Shown: positions 1 through 12,000 of the stretch, piece after piece | How the letters are laid out: each line of letters opens with the position of its first letter | Numbering within the stretch: the stretch's first letter is position 1 | Assembly (NCBI GenBank): GCA_964016885.1 | Contig: OZ024751.1 | Location: 372,001 to 436,000 of the forward strand | Direction of reading: 5' to 3' | DNA from: Eledone cirrhosa | Lineage: Eukaryota | Length of the DNA stretch: 64,000 bases | Notes under the pieces: generated by a model | The model's database searches: none | The model's input: only the letters and a program-made list of their open reading frames with translations | Told to the model about the DNA's origin: nothing | Translations under genes and position numbers: made by a program

Positions 1-3000
1 CAGGTTGAGTGTAGGTAGTGTAGTAGGGACAGGTTGAGTGTGGGTAGTGTAGAAGGGACAGGTTGAGTGTGGCTAGTGTAGTAGGGACAGGTTGAGAGTG
101 GGTAGTGTAGTAGGGACAGGTTGAGTGTGGGTAGTGTAGTAGGGACAAGTTGATTGTGGGTAGTGTAGTAGGGACAGGTTGAGTGTGGGTAGTGTAGTAG
201 GGACAGGTTGATTGTGGGTAGTGTAGTAGGGACAGGTTGAGTGTAGGTAGTGTAGTAGGGACAGGTTGAGTGTGGGTAGTGTAGAAGGGACAGGTTGAGT
301 GTGGCTAGTGTAGTAGGGACAGGTTGAGAGTGGGTAGTGTAGTAGGGACAGGTTGAGAGTGGGTAGTGTAGTAGGGACAGGCTGTTGTGGGTAGTGTAGA
401 AGGGACAGGTTGATTGTGGGTAGTGTAGTAGGGAAGGTTGTTGTGGGTAGTGTAGTAGGGACAGGTTGATGTGGGTAGTGTAGTAGGGACAGGTTGAGTG
501 TGGGTAGTGTAGTAGGGACAGACAGGTTGATGTGGGTAGTGTAGTAGGGACAGGTTGTTGTGGGTAGTGTAGTAGGGACAGGTTGAGTGTGGGTAGTGTA
601 GTAGGTACAGGCTGAGTGTGGGTAGTGTAGTAGGGACAGGCTGAGTGTGGGTAGTGTAGTAGGGACAGGTTGATTGTGGGTAGTGTAGTAGGGACAGGTT
701 GATTGTGGGTAGTGTAGTAGGGACAGGTTGAGTGTGGGTAGTGTAGTAGGGACAGGTTGAGTGTGGGTAGTGTAGTAGGGACAAGTTGATTGTGGGTAGT
801 GTAGTAGGGACAGTTTGTTGTGGGTAGTGTAGTAGGGACAGGTTGAGTGTCGGTAGTGTAGTAGGGACAGGTTGCGTGTAGGTAGTGTAGTAGGGACAGG
901 TTGAGTGTGGCTAGTGTAGAAGGGACAGGTTGAGTGTGGCTAGTGTAGTAGGGACAGGTTGAGTGTAGGTAGTGTAGTAGGGACAGGTTGAGTGTAGGTA
1001 GTGTAGTAGGGACAGGGTAAGAGTGGGTAGTGTAGTAGGGACAGGTTAAGAGTGGGTAGTGTAGTAGGGACAGGTTGAGTGTAGGTAGTGTAGTAGGGAC
1101 AGGTTGAGTGTGGGTAGTGTAGACGGGACAGGTTGAGTGTGGCTAGTGTAGTAGGGACAGGTTGAGAGTGGGTAGTGTAGTAGGGACAGGCTGTTGTGGG
1201 TAGTGTAGAAGGGACAGGTTGATTGTGGGTAGTGTAGTAGGGAAGGTTGTTGTGGGTAGTGTAGTAGGGACAGGTTGATGTGGGTAGTGTAGTAGGGACA
1301 GGTTGAGTGTGGGTAGTGTAGTAGGGACAGACAGGTTGATGTGGGTAGTGTAGTAGGGACAGGTTGTTGTGGGTAGTGTAGTAGGGACAGGTTGAGTGTG
1401 GGTAGTGTAGTAGGGGCAGGCTGAGTGTGGATAGTGTAGTAGGGACAGGCTGAGTGTGGGTAGTGTAGTAGGGACAGGTTGAGTGTGGGTAGTGTAGTAG
1501 GGACAGGTTGATTGTGGGTAGTGTAGTAGGGACAGATTGAGTGTGGGTAGTGTAGTAGGGACAGGTTGAGTGTGGGTAGTGTAGTAGGGACAGGTTGAGT
1601 GTGGGTAGTGTAGTAGGGACAGGTTGAGTGTGGGTAGTGTAGTAGGGACAGGTTAAGTGTGGGTAGTGTAGAAGGGACAGGTTGAGTGTGGCTAGTGTAG
1701 TAGGGACAGGTTGAGTGTGGGTAGTGTAGAAGGGACAGGTTGTTGTGGGTAGTGTAGTAGGGACAGGTTGACTGTGGGTAGTGTAGTAGGGACAGGCTGA
1801 GTGTGGGTAGTGTAGAAGGGACAGGTTGATGTGCGTAGTGTAGTAGGGACAGGTTGAGTGTGGGTAATGTAGTAGGGACAGGTTGAGTGTGGGTAGTGTA
1901 GTAGGGACAGGCTGAGTGTGGGTAGTGTAGTAGGGACAGGTTGAGTGTGGGTAGTGTAGTAGGGACAGGTTGAGAGTGGGTAGTGTAGTAGGGACAGGTT
2001 GAGTGTGGCTAGTGTAGTAGGGACAGGTTGAGTGTGGCTAGTGTAGTAGGGACAGGTTGAGAGTGGGTAGTGTAGTAGGGAGAGGTTGTTGTGGGTAGTG
2101 TAGTAGGGACAGGTTGATGTGGGTAGTGTAGTAGGGACAGGTTGAGTGTGTGGGTAGTGTAGTAGGGACAGACAGGTTGATGTGGGTAGTGTAGTAGGGA
2201 CAGGTTGTTGTGGGTAGTGTAGTAGGGACAGGTTGAGTGTGGGTAGTGTAGTAGGGACAGGTTGAGTGTAGGTAGTGTAGTAGGGACAGGTTGAGTGTGG
2301 GTCGTGTAGAAGGGACAGGTTGAGTGTGACTAGTGTAGTAGGGACAGGTTGAGTGTAGGTAGTGTAGTAGGGACAGGTTGAGTGTAGGTAGTGTAGTAGG
2401 GACAGGGTAAGAGTGGGTAGTGTAGTAGGGACAGGTTGAGTGTAGGTAGTGTAGTAGGGACAGGTTGGGTGTGGCTAGTGTAGTAGGGACAGGCTGAGAG
2501 TGGGTAGTGTAGTAGGGACTGGTTGAGTGTGGGTAGTGTAGTAGGGACAGGTTGAGTGTGGGTAGTGTAGAAGGGACAGGTTGATTGTGGGTAGTGTAGT
2601 AGGGACAGGTTGATTGTGGGTAGTGTAGTAGGGACAGGCTGAGTGTGGGTAGTGTAGAAGGGACAGGTTGATGTGGGTAGTGTAGTAGGGACAGGTTGAG
2701 TGTGGGTAATGTAGTAGGGACAGGTTGAGTGTGGGTAGTGTAGTAGGGACAGGCTGATTGTGGGTAGTGTAGTAGGGACAGGTTGAGTGTGGGTAGTGTA
2801 GAAGGGACAGGTTGAGTGTGGGTAGTGTAGTAGGGACAGGTTGAGTGTGGGTAGTGTAGTAGGGACAGGTTGAGTGTGGCTAGTGTAGTAGGGACAGGTT
2901 GAGAGTGGGTAGTGTAGTAGGGACAGGCTGTTGTGGGTAGTGTAGAAGGGACAGGTTGATTGTGGGTAGTGTAGTAGGGAGAGGTTGTTGTGGGTAGTGT

Positions 3001-6000
3001 AGTAGGGACAGGTTGATGTGGGTAGTGTAGTAGGGACAGGTTGAGTGTGTGGGTAGTGTAGTAGGGACAGACAGGTTGATGTGGGTAGTGTAGTAGGGAC
3101 AGGTTGTTGTGGGTAGTGTAGTAGGGACAGGTTGAGTGTGGGTAGTGTAGTAGGGACAGGTTGAGTGTAGGTAGTGTAGTAGGGACAGGTTGAGTGTGGG
3201 TAGTGTAGAAGGGACAGGTTGAGTGTGACTAGTGTAGTAGGGACAGGTTGAGTGTAGGTAGTGTAGTAGGGACAGGTTAAGTGTAGGTAGTGTAGTAGGG
3301 ACAGGGTAAGAGTGGGTAGTGTAGTAGGGACAGGTTGAGTGTAGGTAGTGTAGTAGGGACAGGTTGGGTGTGGCTAGTGTAGTAGGGACAGGCTGAGAGT
3401 GGGTAGTGTAGTAGGGACTGGTTGAGTGTGGGTAGTGTAGTAGGGACAGGTTGAGTGTGGGTAGTGTAGAATGGACAGGTTGATTGTGGGTAGTGTAGTA
3501 GGGACAGGTTGATTGTGGGTAGTGTAGTAGGGACAGGTTGAGTGTGGGTAGTGTAGAAGGGACAGGTTGATTGTGGGTAGTGTAGTAGGGACAGGTTGTT
3601 GTGGGTAGTGTAGTAGGGACAGGTTGATGTGGGTAGTGTAGTAGGGACAGGTTGAATGTGGGTAGTGTAGTAGGGACAGACAGGTTGATGTGGTAGTGTA
3701 GAAGGGACAGGTTGATGTGGGTAGTGTAGTAGGGAAAGTTTGATGTGGGTAGTGTAGTCGGGACAGGTTGATGTGGGTAGTGTAGTAGGGACAGGCTGAG
3801 TGTGGGTAGTGTATTAGGGACAGGCTGAGTGTGGGTAGTGTAGTAGGGACAGGTTGAGTGTGGGTAGTGTAGTAGGGACAGGTTGAGTGTGGGTAGTGTA
3901 GTAGGGACAGGTTGAGTGTGGATAGTGTAGTATGTACAGGTTGAGTGTAGGTAGTGTAGTAGGGACAGGTTGATTGTGGGTAGTTTAGTAGGGACAGGTT
4001 GTTGTGGGTAGTGTAGTAGGGACAGGTTGAGTGTAGTGTAGTAGGGACAGGTTGAGTGTGGGTAGTGTAGAAGGGACAGGTTGAGTGTGGCTAGTGTAGT
4101 AGGGACAAGCTGAGAGTGGGTAGTGTAGTAGGGACTGGTTGAGTGTGGGTAGTGTAGTAGGGACAGGTTGAGTGTGGGTAGTGTAGTAGGGACAGGTTGA
4201 GTGTGGGTAGTGTAGTAGGGACAGGTTGAGTGTGGGTAGTGTAGTAGGGACAGGTTGATTGTGGGTAGTGTAGTAGGGACAGGTTGAGTGTGGGTAGTGT
4301 AGTAGGGACAGGTTGAGTGTGGGTAGTGTAGTAGGGACAGGTTGAGTGTGGGTAGTGTAGTAGGGACAGGTTGATTGTGGGTAGTGTAGTAGGGACAGGT
4401 TCAGTGTGGGTAGTGTAGTAGGGACAGGTTGAGTGCGGGTAGTGTAGTAGGGACAGGTTGGGTGTGGCTAGTGTAGTAGGGACAGGCTGAGAGTGGGTAG
4501 TGTAGTAGGGACTGGTTGAGTGTGGGTAGTGTAGTAGGGACAGGTTGAGTGTGGGTAGTGTAGAATGGACAGGTTGATTGTGGGTAGTGTAGTAGGGACA
4601 GGTTGATTGTGGGTAGTGTAGTAGGGACAGGTTGAGTGTGGGTAGTGTAGTAGGGACAGGCTGTTGTGGGTAGTGTAGAAGGGACAGGTTGATTGTGGGT
4701 AGTGTAGTAGGGACAGGTTGTTGTGGGTAGTGTAGTAGGGACAGGTTGATGTGGGTAGTGTAGTAGGGACAGGTTGAATGTGGGTAGTGTAGTAGGGACA
4801 GACAGGTTGATGTGGGTAGTGTAGAAGGGACAGGTTGATGTGGGTAGTGTAGTAGGGAAAGTTTGATGTGGGTAGTGTAGTCGGGACAGGTTGATGTGGG
4901 TAGTGTAGTAGGGACAGGCTGAGTGTGGGTAGTGTATTAGGGACAGGCTGAGTGTGGGTAGTGTAGTAGGGACAGGTTGAGTGTGGGTAGTGTAGTAGGG
5001 ACAGGTTGAGTGTGGGTAGTGTAGTAGGGACAGGTTGAGTGTGGATAGTGTAGTATGTACAGGTTGAGTGTAGGTAGTGTAGTAGGGACAGGTTGATTGT
5101 GGGTAGTGTAGTAGGGACAGGTTCAGTGTGGGTAGTGTAGTAGGGACAGGTTGAGTGCGGGTAGTGTAGTAGGGACAGGTTGAGTGTGGGTAGTGTAGTA
5201 GGGACAGGTTAAGTGTGGGTAGTGTAGTAGGGACAGGTTGGGTGTGGGTAGTGTAGTAGGGACAGGCTGAGTGTAGGTAGTGCAGTAGGGACAGGTTGAT
5301 TGTGGGTAGTGTAGTAGGGACAGGTTGAGTGTGGCTAGTGTAGTAGGGACAGACAGGTTGAGTGTGGGTAGTGTAGTAGGGACAGGTTGAGTGTGGGTAG
5401 TGTAGTAGGGACAGGTTGATTGTGGGTAGTGTAGTAGGGACAGGTTGAGTGTCGGTAGTGTAGTGGGGACAGTATGAGTGTGGGTAGTGTAGTAGGGACA
5501 GGTTGAGTGTGCGTAGTGTAGTAGGGACAGGTTAAGTGTGGGTAGTGTAGAAGGGACAGGTTGAGTGTGGCTAGTGTAGAAGGGACAGGCTGAGTGTAGG
5601 TAGTGTAGTAGGGACAGGTTGATTGTGGGTAGTGTAGTAGGGACAGGTTGAGTGTGGGTAGTGTAGTAGGGACAGGTTGAGTGTGGCTAGTGCAGTAGGA
5701 ACAGGCTGAGTGTAGGTAGTGTAGTAGGGACAGGTTGAGTGTGGCTAGTGTAGTAGGGACAGGTTGAGTGTGGATAGTGTAGTATGGACAGGTTGAGTGT
5801 AGGTAGTGTAGTAGGGACAGGTTGATTGTGGGTAGTTTAGTAGGGACAGGTTGTTGTGGGTAGTGTAGTAGGGACAAGTTGAGTGTAGGTAGTGTAGTAG
5901 GGACAGGTTGAGTGTGGCTAGTGTAGTAGGGACAAGCTGAGAGTGGGCAGTGTAGTAGGGACTGGTTGAGTGTGGGTAGTGTAGTAGGGACAGGTTGAGA

Positions 6001-9000
6001 GTGGGTAGTGTAGTAGGGACAGGCTGTTGTGGGTAGTGTAGAAGGGACAGGTTGATTGTGGGTAGTGTAGAAGGGACAGGTTGAGTGTGGCTAGTGTAGT
6101 AGGGACAAGCTGAGAGTGGGTAGTGTAGTAGGGACAGGCTGTTGTGGGTAGTGTAGAAGGGACAGGTTGATTGTGGGTAGTGTAGTAGGGACAGGTTGAT
6201 GTGGGTAGTGTAGTAGGGACAGGTTGAGTGTGGGTAGTGTAGTAGGGACAGGCTGAGTGTGGGTAGTGTAGTAGGGACAGGCTGAGTGTGGGTAGTGTAG
6301 TAGGGACAGGTTGAGTGTGGGTAGTGTAGTAGGGACAGGTTGATTGTGGGTAGTGTAGTAGGGACAGGTTGATTGTGGGTAGTGTAGTAGGGACAGGTTG
6401 AGTGTGGGTAGTGTAGTAGGGACAGGTTGAGTGTGGGTAGTGTAGTAGGGACAGGTTGAGTGTGGGTAGTGTAGAAGGGACAGGTTGAGTGTGGGTAGTT
6501 TAGTAGGGACAGGTTGTTGTAGGTAGTGTAGTAGGGACAGGTTGATTGTGGGTAGTGTAGTAGGGACAGGTTGAGTTTGGGTAGTGTAGTAGGGACAGAT
6601 TGAGTGTGGCTAGTGTAGTAGGAACAGGCTGAGTGTAGGTAGTGTAGTAGGGACAGGTTGAGTGTGGCTAGTGTAGTAGGGACAGGTTGAGTGTGTAAAG
6701 TGTAGTATGTACAGGTTGAGTGTAGGTAGTGTAGTAGGGACAGGTTGAGTGTAGGTAGTGTAGTAGGGACAGGTTGAGTGTGGGTAGTGTAGAAGGGACA
6801 GGTTGAGTGTGGGTAGTGTAGAAGGGACAGGTTGAGTGTGGCTAGTGTAGTAGGGACAAGCTGAGAGTGGGTAGTGTAGTAGGGACTGGTTGAGTGTGGG
6901 TAGTGTAGTAGGGACAGGTTGAGTGTGGCTAGTGTAGTAGGGACAGGTTGAGAGTGGGTAGTGTAGTAGGGACAGGCTGTTGTGGGTAGTGTAGAAGGTA
7001 CAGGTTGATTCTGGGTAGTGTAGTAGGGACAGGTTGATGTGGGTAGTGTAGTAGGGACAGGTTGAGTGTGGGTAGTGTAGTAGGGACAGACAGGTTGATG
7101 TGGGTAGTGTAGTAGGGATAGGTTTTTGTGGGTAGTGTAGTAGGGACAGGTTGAGTGTGGGTAGTGTAGTAGGGACAGGTTGAGTGTGGCTAGTGTAGTA
7201 GGAACAGGCTGAGTGTAGGTAGTGTAGTAGGGACAGGTTGAGTGTGGGTAGTGTAGAAGGGACAGGTTGAGTGTGGCTAGTGTAGTAGGGACAGGTTGAG
7301 TGTAGGTAGTGTAGTAGGGACAGGTTGAGTGTAGGTAGTGTAGTAGGGACAAGTTGATTGTGGGTAGTGTAGTAGGGACAGTTTGTTGTGGGTAGTGTAG
7401 TAGGGACAGGTTGAGTGTGGGTAGTGTAGTAGGGACAGGTTGCGTGTAGGTAGTGTAGTAGGGACAGGTTGATTGTGGGTAGTGTAGTAGGGACAGTTTG
7501 TTGTGGGTAGTGTAGTAGGGACAGGTTGAGTGTGGCTAGTGTAGTAGGGACAGGTTGAGTGTGGCTAGTGTAGAAGGGACAGGTTGAGTGTGGCTAGTGT
7601 AGTAGGGACAGGTTGAGTGTAGGTAGTGTAGTAGGGACAGGTTGAGTGTAGGTAGTGTAGTAGGGACAGGTTGAGTGTGGGTAGTGTAGAAGGGACAGGT
7701 TGAGTGTGGCTAGTGTAGTAGGGACAGGTTGAGAGTGGGTAGTGTAGTAGGGACAGGGTAAGAGTGGGTAGTGTAGTAGGGACAGGTTGAGTGTAGGTAG
7801 TGTAGTAGGGACAGGTTGGGTGTGGCTAGTGTAGTAGGGACAGGCTGAGAGTGGGTAGTGTAGTAGGGACTGGTTGAGTGTGGGTAGTGTAGTAGGGACA
7901 GGTTGAGTGTGGGTTGTGTAGTAGGGACAGGTTGAATGTGGGTAGTGTAGTAGGGACAGGTTGAGTGTGGCTAGTGTAGTAGGGACAGACAGGTTGATGT
8001 GGGTAGTGTAGAAGGGACAGGTTGATGTGGGTAGTGTAGTAAGGACAGGTAGAGTGTGGCTAGTGTAGTAGGGAAAGTTTGATGTGGGTAGTGTAGTCGG
8101 GACAGGTTGAGGTGGGTAGTGTAGTAGGGACAGGTTGAGTGTGGGTAGTGTAGTAGGGACAGGCTGAGTGTGGGTAGTGTAGTAGGGACAGGCTGAGTGT
8201 GGGTAGTGTAGTAGGGACAGACTGAGTGTGGGTAGTGTAGTAGGGACAGGTTGCGTGTGGGTAGTGTAGTAGGGACAGGTTGAGTGTGGGTAGTGTAGAA
8301 GGGACAGGTTGATTGTGGGTAGTGTAGTAGGGACAGGTTGATTGTGGGTAGTGTAGTAGGGACAGGTTGAGTGTGGGTAGTGTAGTAGGGACAGGTTGAG
8401 TGTCGGTAGTGTAGTAAGGACAGGTTGAGTGTGGGTAGTGTAGTAGGGACAGGTTGATTGTGGGTAGTGTAGTAGGGACAGGTTGATTGTGGGTAGTGTA
8501 GTAGGGACAGGTTGAGTGTGGGTAGTGTAGTAAGGACAGGTTGAGTGTGGCTAGTGTAGTAGGGACAGGTTGAGAGTGGGTAGTGTAGTAGGGACAGGCT
8601 GTTGTGGGTAGTGTAGAAGGGACAGGTTGATTGTGGGTAGTGTAGTAGGAACAGGTTGTTGTGGGTAGTGTAGTAGGGACAGGTTGATGTGGGTAGTGTA
8701 GTAGGGACAGGTTGAGTGTGGCTAGTGTAGTAGGGACAGACAGGTTGATGTGGGTAGTGTAGAAGGGACAGGTTGATGTGGGTAGTGTAGTAGGGACAGG
8801 TTGAGTGTGGCTAGTGTAGTAGGGAAAGTTTGATGTGGGTAGTGTAGAAGGGACAGGTTGATGTGGGTAGTGTAGTCGGGACAGGTCGATGTGGGTAGTG
8901 TAGTAGGGACAGGTTGAGTGTAGGTAATGTAGTAGGGACAGGCTGAGTGTGGGTAGTGTAGTAGGGACAGGCTGAGTGTGGGTAGTGTAGTAGGGACAGG

Positions 9001-12000
9001 CTGAGTGTGGGTAGTGTAGTAGGGACAGGTTGATTGTGGGTAGTGTAGTAGGGACAGGTTGAGTGTGGGTAGTGTAGTAGGGACAGGTTGAGTGTGGGTA
9101 GTGTAGTAAGGACAGGTTGAGTGTGGCTAGTGTAGTAGGGACAGGTTGAGAGTGGGTAGTGTAGTAGGGACAGGCTGTTGTGGGTAGTGTAGAAGGGACA
9201 GGTTGATTGTGGGTAGTGTAGTAGGGACAGGTTGTTGTGGGTAGTGTAGTAGGGACAGGTTGATGTGGGTAGTGTAGTAGGGACAGGTTGAGTGTGGCTA
9301 GTGTAGTCGGGACAGGTTGATGTGGGTAGTGTAGTAGGGACAGGTTGAGTGTGGGTAGTGTAGTAGGGACAGGCTGAGTGTGGCTAGTGTAGTAGGGACA
9401 GGCTGAGTGTGGGTAGTGTAGTAGGGACATGTTGAGTGTGGGTAGTGTAGTAGGGACAGGTTGAGTGTGGGTAGTTAAGTAGGGACAGGTTAAGTGTGGG
9501 TAGTGTAGAAGGGACAGGTTGAGTGTGGCTAGTGTAGTAGGGACAGGCTGAGTGTAGGTAGTGTAGTAGGGACAGGTTGATTGTGGGTAGTGTAGTAGGG
9601 ACAGGTTGAGTGTGGGTAGTGTAGTAGGGACAGGTTGAGTGTGGCTAGTGTAGTAGGAACAGGCTGAGTGTAGGTAGTGTAGTAGGGACAGGTTGAGTGT
9701 GGCTAGTGTAGTAGGGACAGGTTGAGTGTGAATAGTGTAGTATGGACAGGTTGAGTGTAGGTAGTGTAGTAGGGACAGGTTGATTGTGGGTAGTGTAGTA
9801 GGGACAGGTTGAGTGTGGGTAGTGTAGTAGGGACAGGTTGAGTGTGGGTAGTGTAGAAGGGACAGGTTGAGTGTGGGTAGTTTAGTAGGGACAGGTTGTT
9901 GTAGGTAGTGTAGTAGGGACAGGTTGATTGTGGGTAGTGTAGTAGGGACAGGTTGAGTTTGGGTAGTGTAGTAGGGACAGGCTGTTGTGGGTAGTGTAGT
10001 AGGGACAGGTTGAGTGTGGCTAGTGTAGTAGGGACAGGTTGAGTGTGTATAGTGTAGTATGTACAGGTTGAGTGTAGGTAGTGTAGTAGGGACAGGTTGA
10101 GTGTAGGTAGTGTAGTTGGGACAGGTTGAGTGTGGGTAGTGTAGAAGGGACAGGTTGAGTGTGGGTAGTGTAGAAGGGACAGGTTGAGTGTGGCTAGTGT
10201 AGTAGGGACAAGCTGAGAGTGGGTAGTGTAGTAGGGACTGGTTGAGTGTGGGTAGTGTAGTAGGGACAGTTTGAGTGTGGCTAGTGTAGTAGGGACAGGT
10301 TGAGAGTGGGTAGTGTAGTAGGGACAGGCTGTTGTGGGTAGTGTAGAAGGGACAGGTTGATTGTGGGTAGTGTAGTAGGGACAGGTTGATGTGGGTAGTG
10401 TAGTAGGGACAGGTTGAGTGTGGGTAGTGTAGTAGGGACAGACAGGTTGATGTGGGTAGTGTAGTAGGGATAGGTTGTTGTGGGTAGTGTAGTAGGGACA
10501 GGTTGAGTGTGGGTAGTGTAGTAGAGACAGGTTGAGTGTGGCTAGTGTAGTAGGAACAGGCTGAGAGTAGGTAGTGTAGTAGGGACAGGTTGAGTGTGGC
10601 TAGTGTAGTAGGGACAGGTTGAGTGGGTAGTGTATAAGGGACAGGTTGTTGTGGGTAGTGTAGTAGGGACAGGATGAGTGTGGGTAGTGTAGTAGGGACA
10701 GGCTGAGTGTGGGTAGTGTAGTAGGGACAGGTTGAGTGTGGGTAGTGTAGTAGGGACAGGTTGAGTGTGGGTAGTGTAGTAGGGACAGGATGAGTGTGGG
10801 TAGTGTAGTAGGGACAGGCTGAGTGTGGGTAGTGTAGTAGGGACAGGTTGAGTGTGGGTAGTGTAGTAGGGACAGGTTGATTGTGGGTAGTGTAGTAGGG
10901 ACAGGTTGAGTGTGGGTAGTGTAGTAGGGACAGGTTGAGTGTGGGTAGTGTAGTAGGGACAAGTTGATTGTGGGTAGTGTAGTAGGGACAGTTTGTTGTG
11001 GGTAGTGTAGTAGGGACAGGTTGAGTGTGGGTAGTGTAGTAGGGACAGGTTGCGTGTAGGTAGTGTAGTAGGGACAGGGTAAGAGTGGGTAGTGTAGTAG
11101 GGACAGGTTGAGTGTGGGTAGTGTAGTAGGGACATACAGGTTGATGTGGGTAGTGTAGTAGGGACAGGTTGAGTGTGGCTAGTGTAGTAGGAACAGGCTG
11201 AGAGTAGGTAGTGTAGTAGGGACAGGTTGAGTGTGGGTAGTGTAGTAGGGACAGGTTGAGTGTGGGTAGTGTAGTAGGGACAAGTTGATTGTGGGTAGTG
11301 TAGTAGGGACAGGTTGAGTCTGGGTAGTGTAGTAGGGACAGGTTGATTGTGGGTAGTGTAGTAGGGACAGGTTGAGTGTAGGTAGTGTAGTAGGGACAGG
11401 TTGAGTGTGGGTAGTGTAGAAGGGACAGGTTGAGTGTGGCTAGTGTAGTAGGGACAGGTTGAGAGTGGGTAGTGTAGTAGGGACAGGCTGTTGTGGGTAG
11501 TGTAGAAGGGACAGGTTGATTGTGGGTAGTGTAGTAGGGAAGGTTGTTGTGGGTAGTGTAGTAGGGACAGGTTGATGTGGGTAGTGTAGTAGGGACAGGT
11601 TGAGTGTGGGTAGTGTAGTAGGGACAGACAGGTTGATGTGGGTAGTGTAGTAGGGACAGGTTGTTGTGGGTAGTGTAGTAGGGACAGGTTGAGTGTGGGT
11701 AGTGTAGTAGGTACAGGCTGAGTGTGGGTAGTGTAGTAGGGACAGGCTGAGTGTGGGTAGTGTAGTAGGGACAGGTTGAGTGTGGGTAGTGTAGTAGGGA
11801 CAGGTTGATTGTGGGTAGTGTAGTAGGGACAGGTTGAGTGTGGGTAGTGTAGTAGGGACAGGTTGAGTGTGGGTAGTGTAGTAGGGACAGTTTGTTGTGG
11901 GTAGTGTAGTAGGGACAGGTTGAGTGTGGCTAGTGTAGTAGGGACAGGTTGCGTGTAGGTAGTGTAGTAGGGACAGGGTAAGAGTGGGTAGTGTAGTAGG

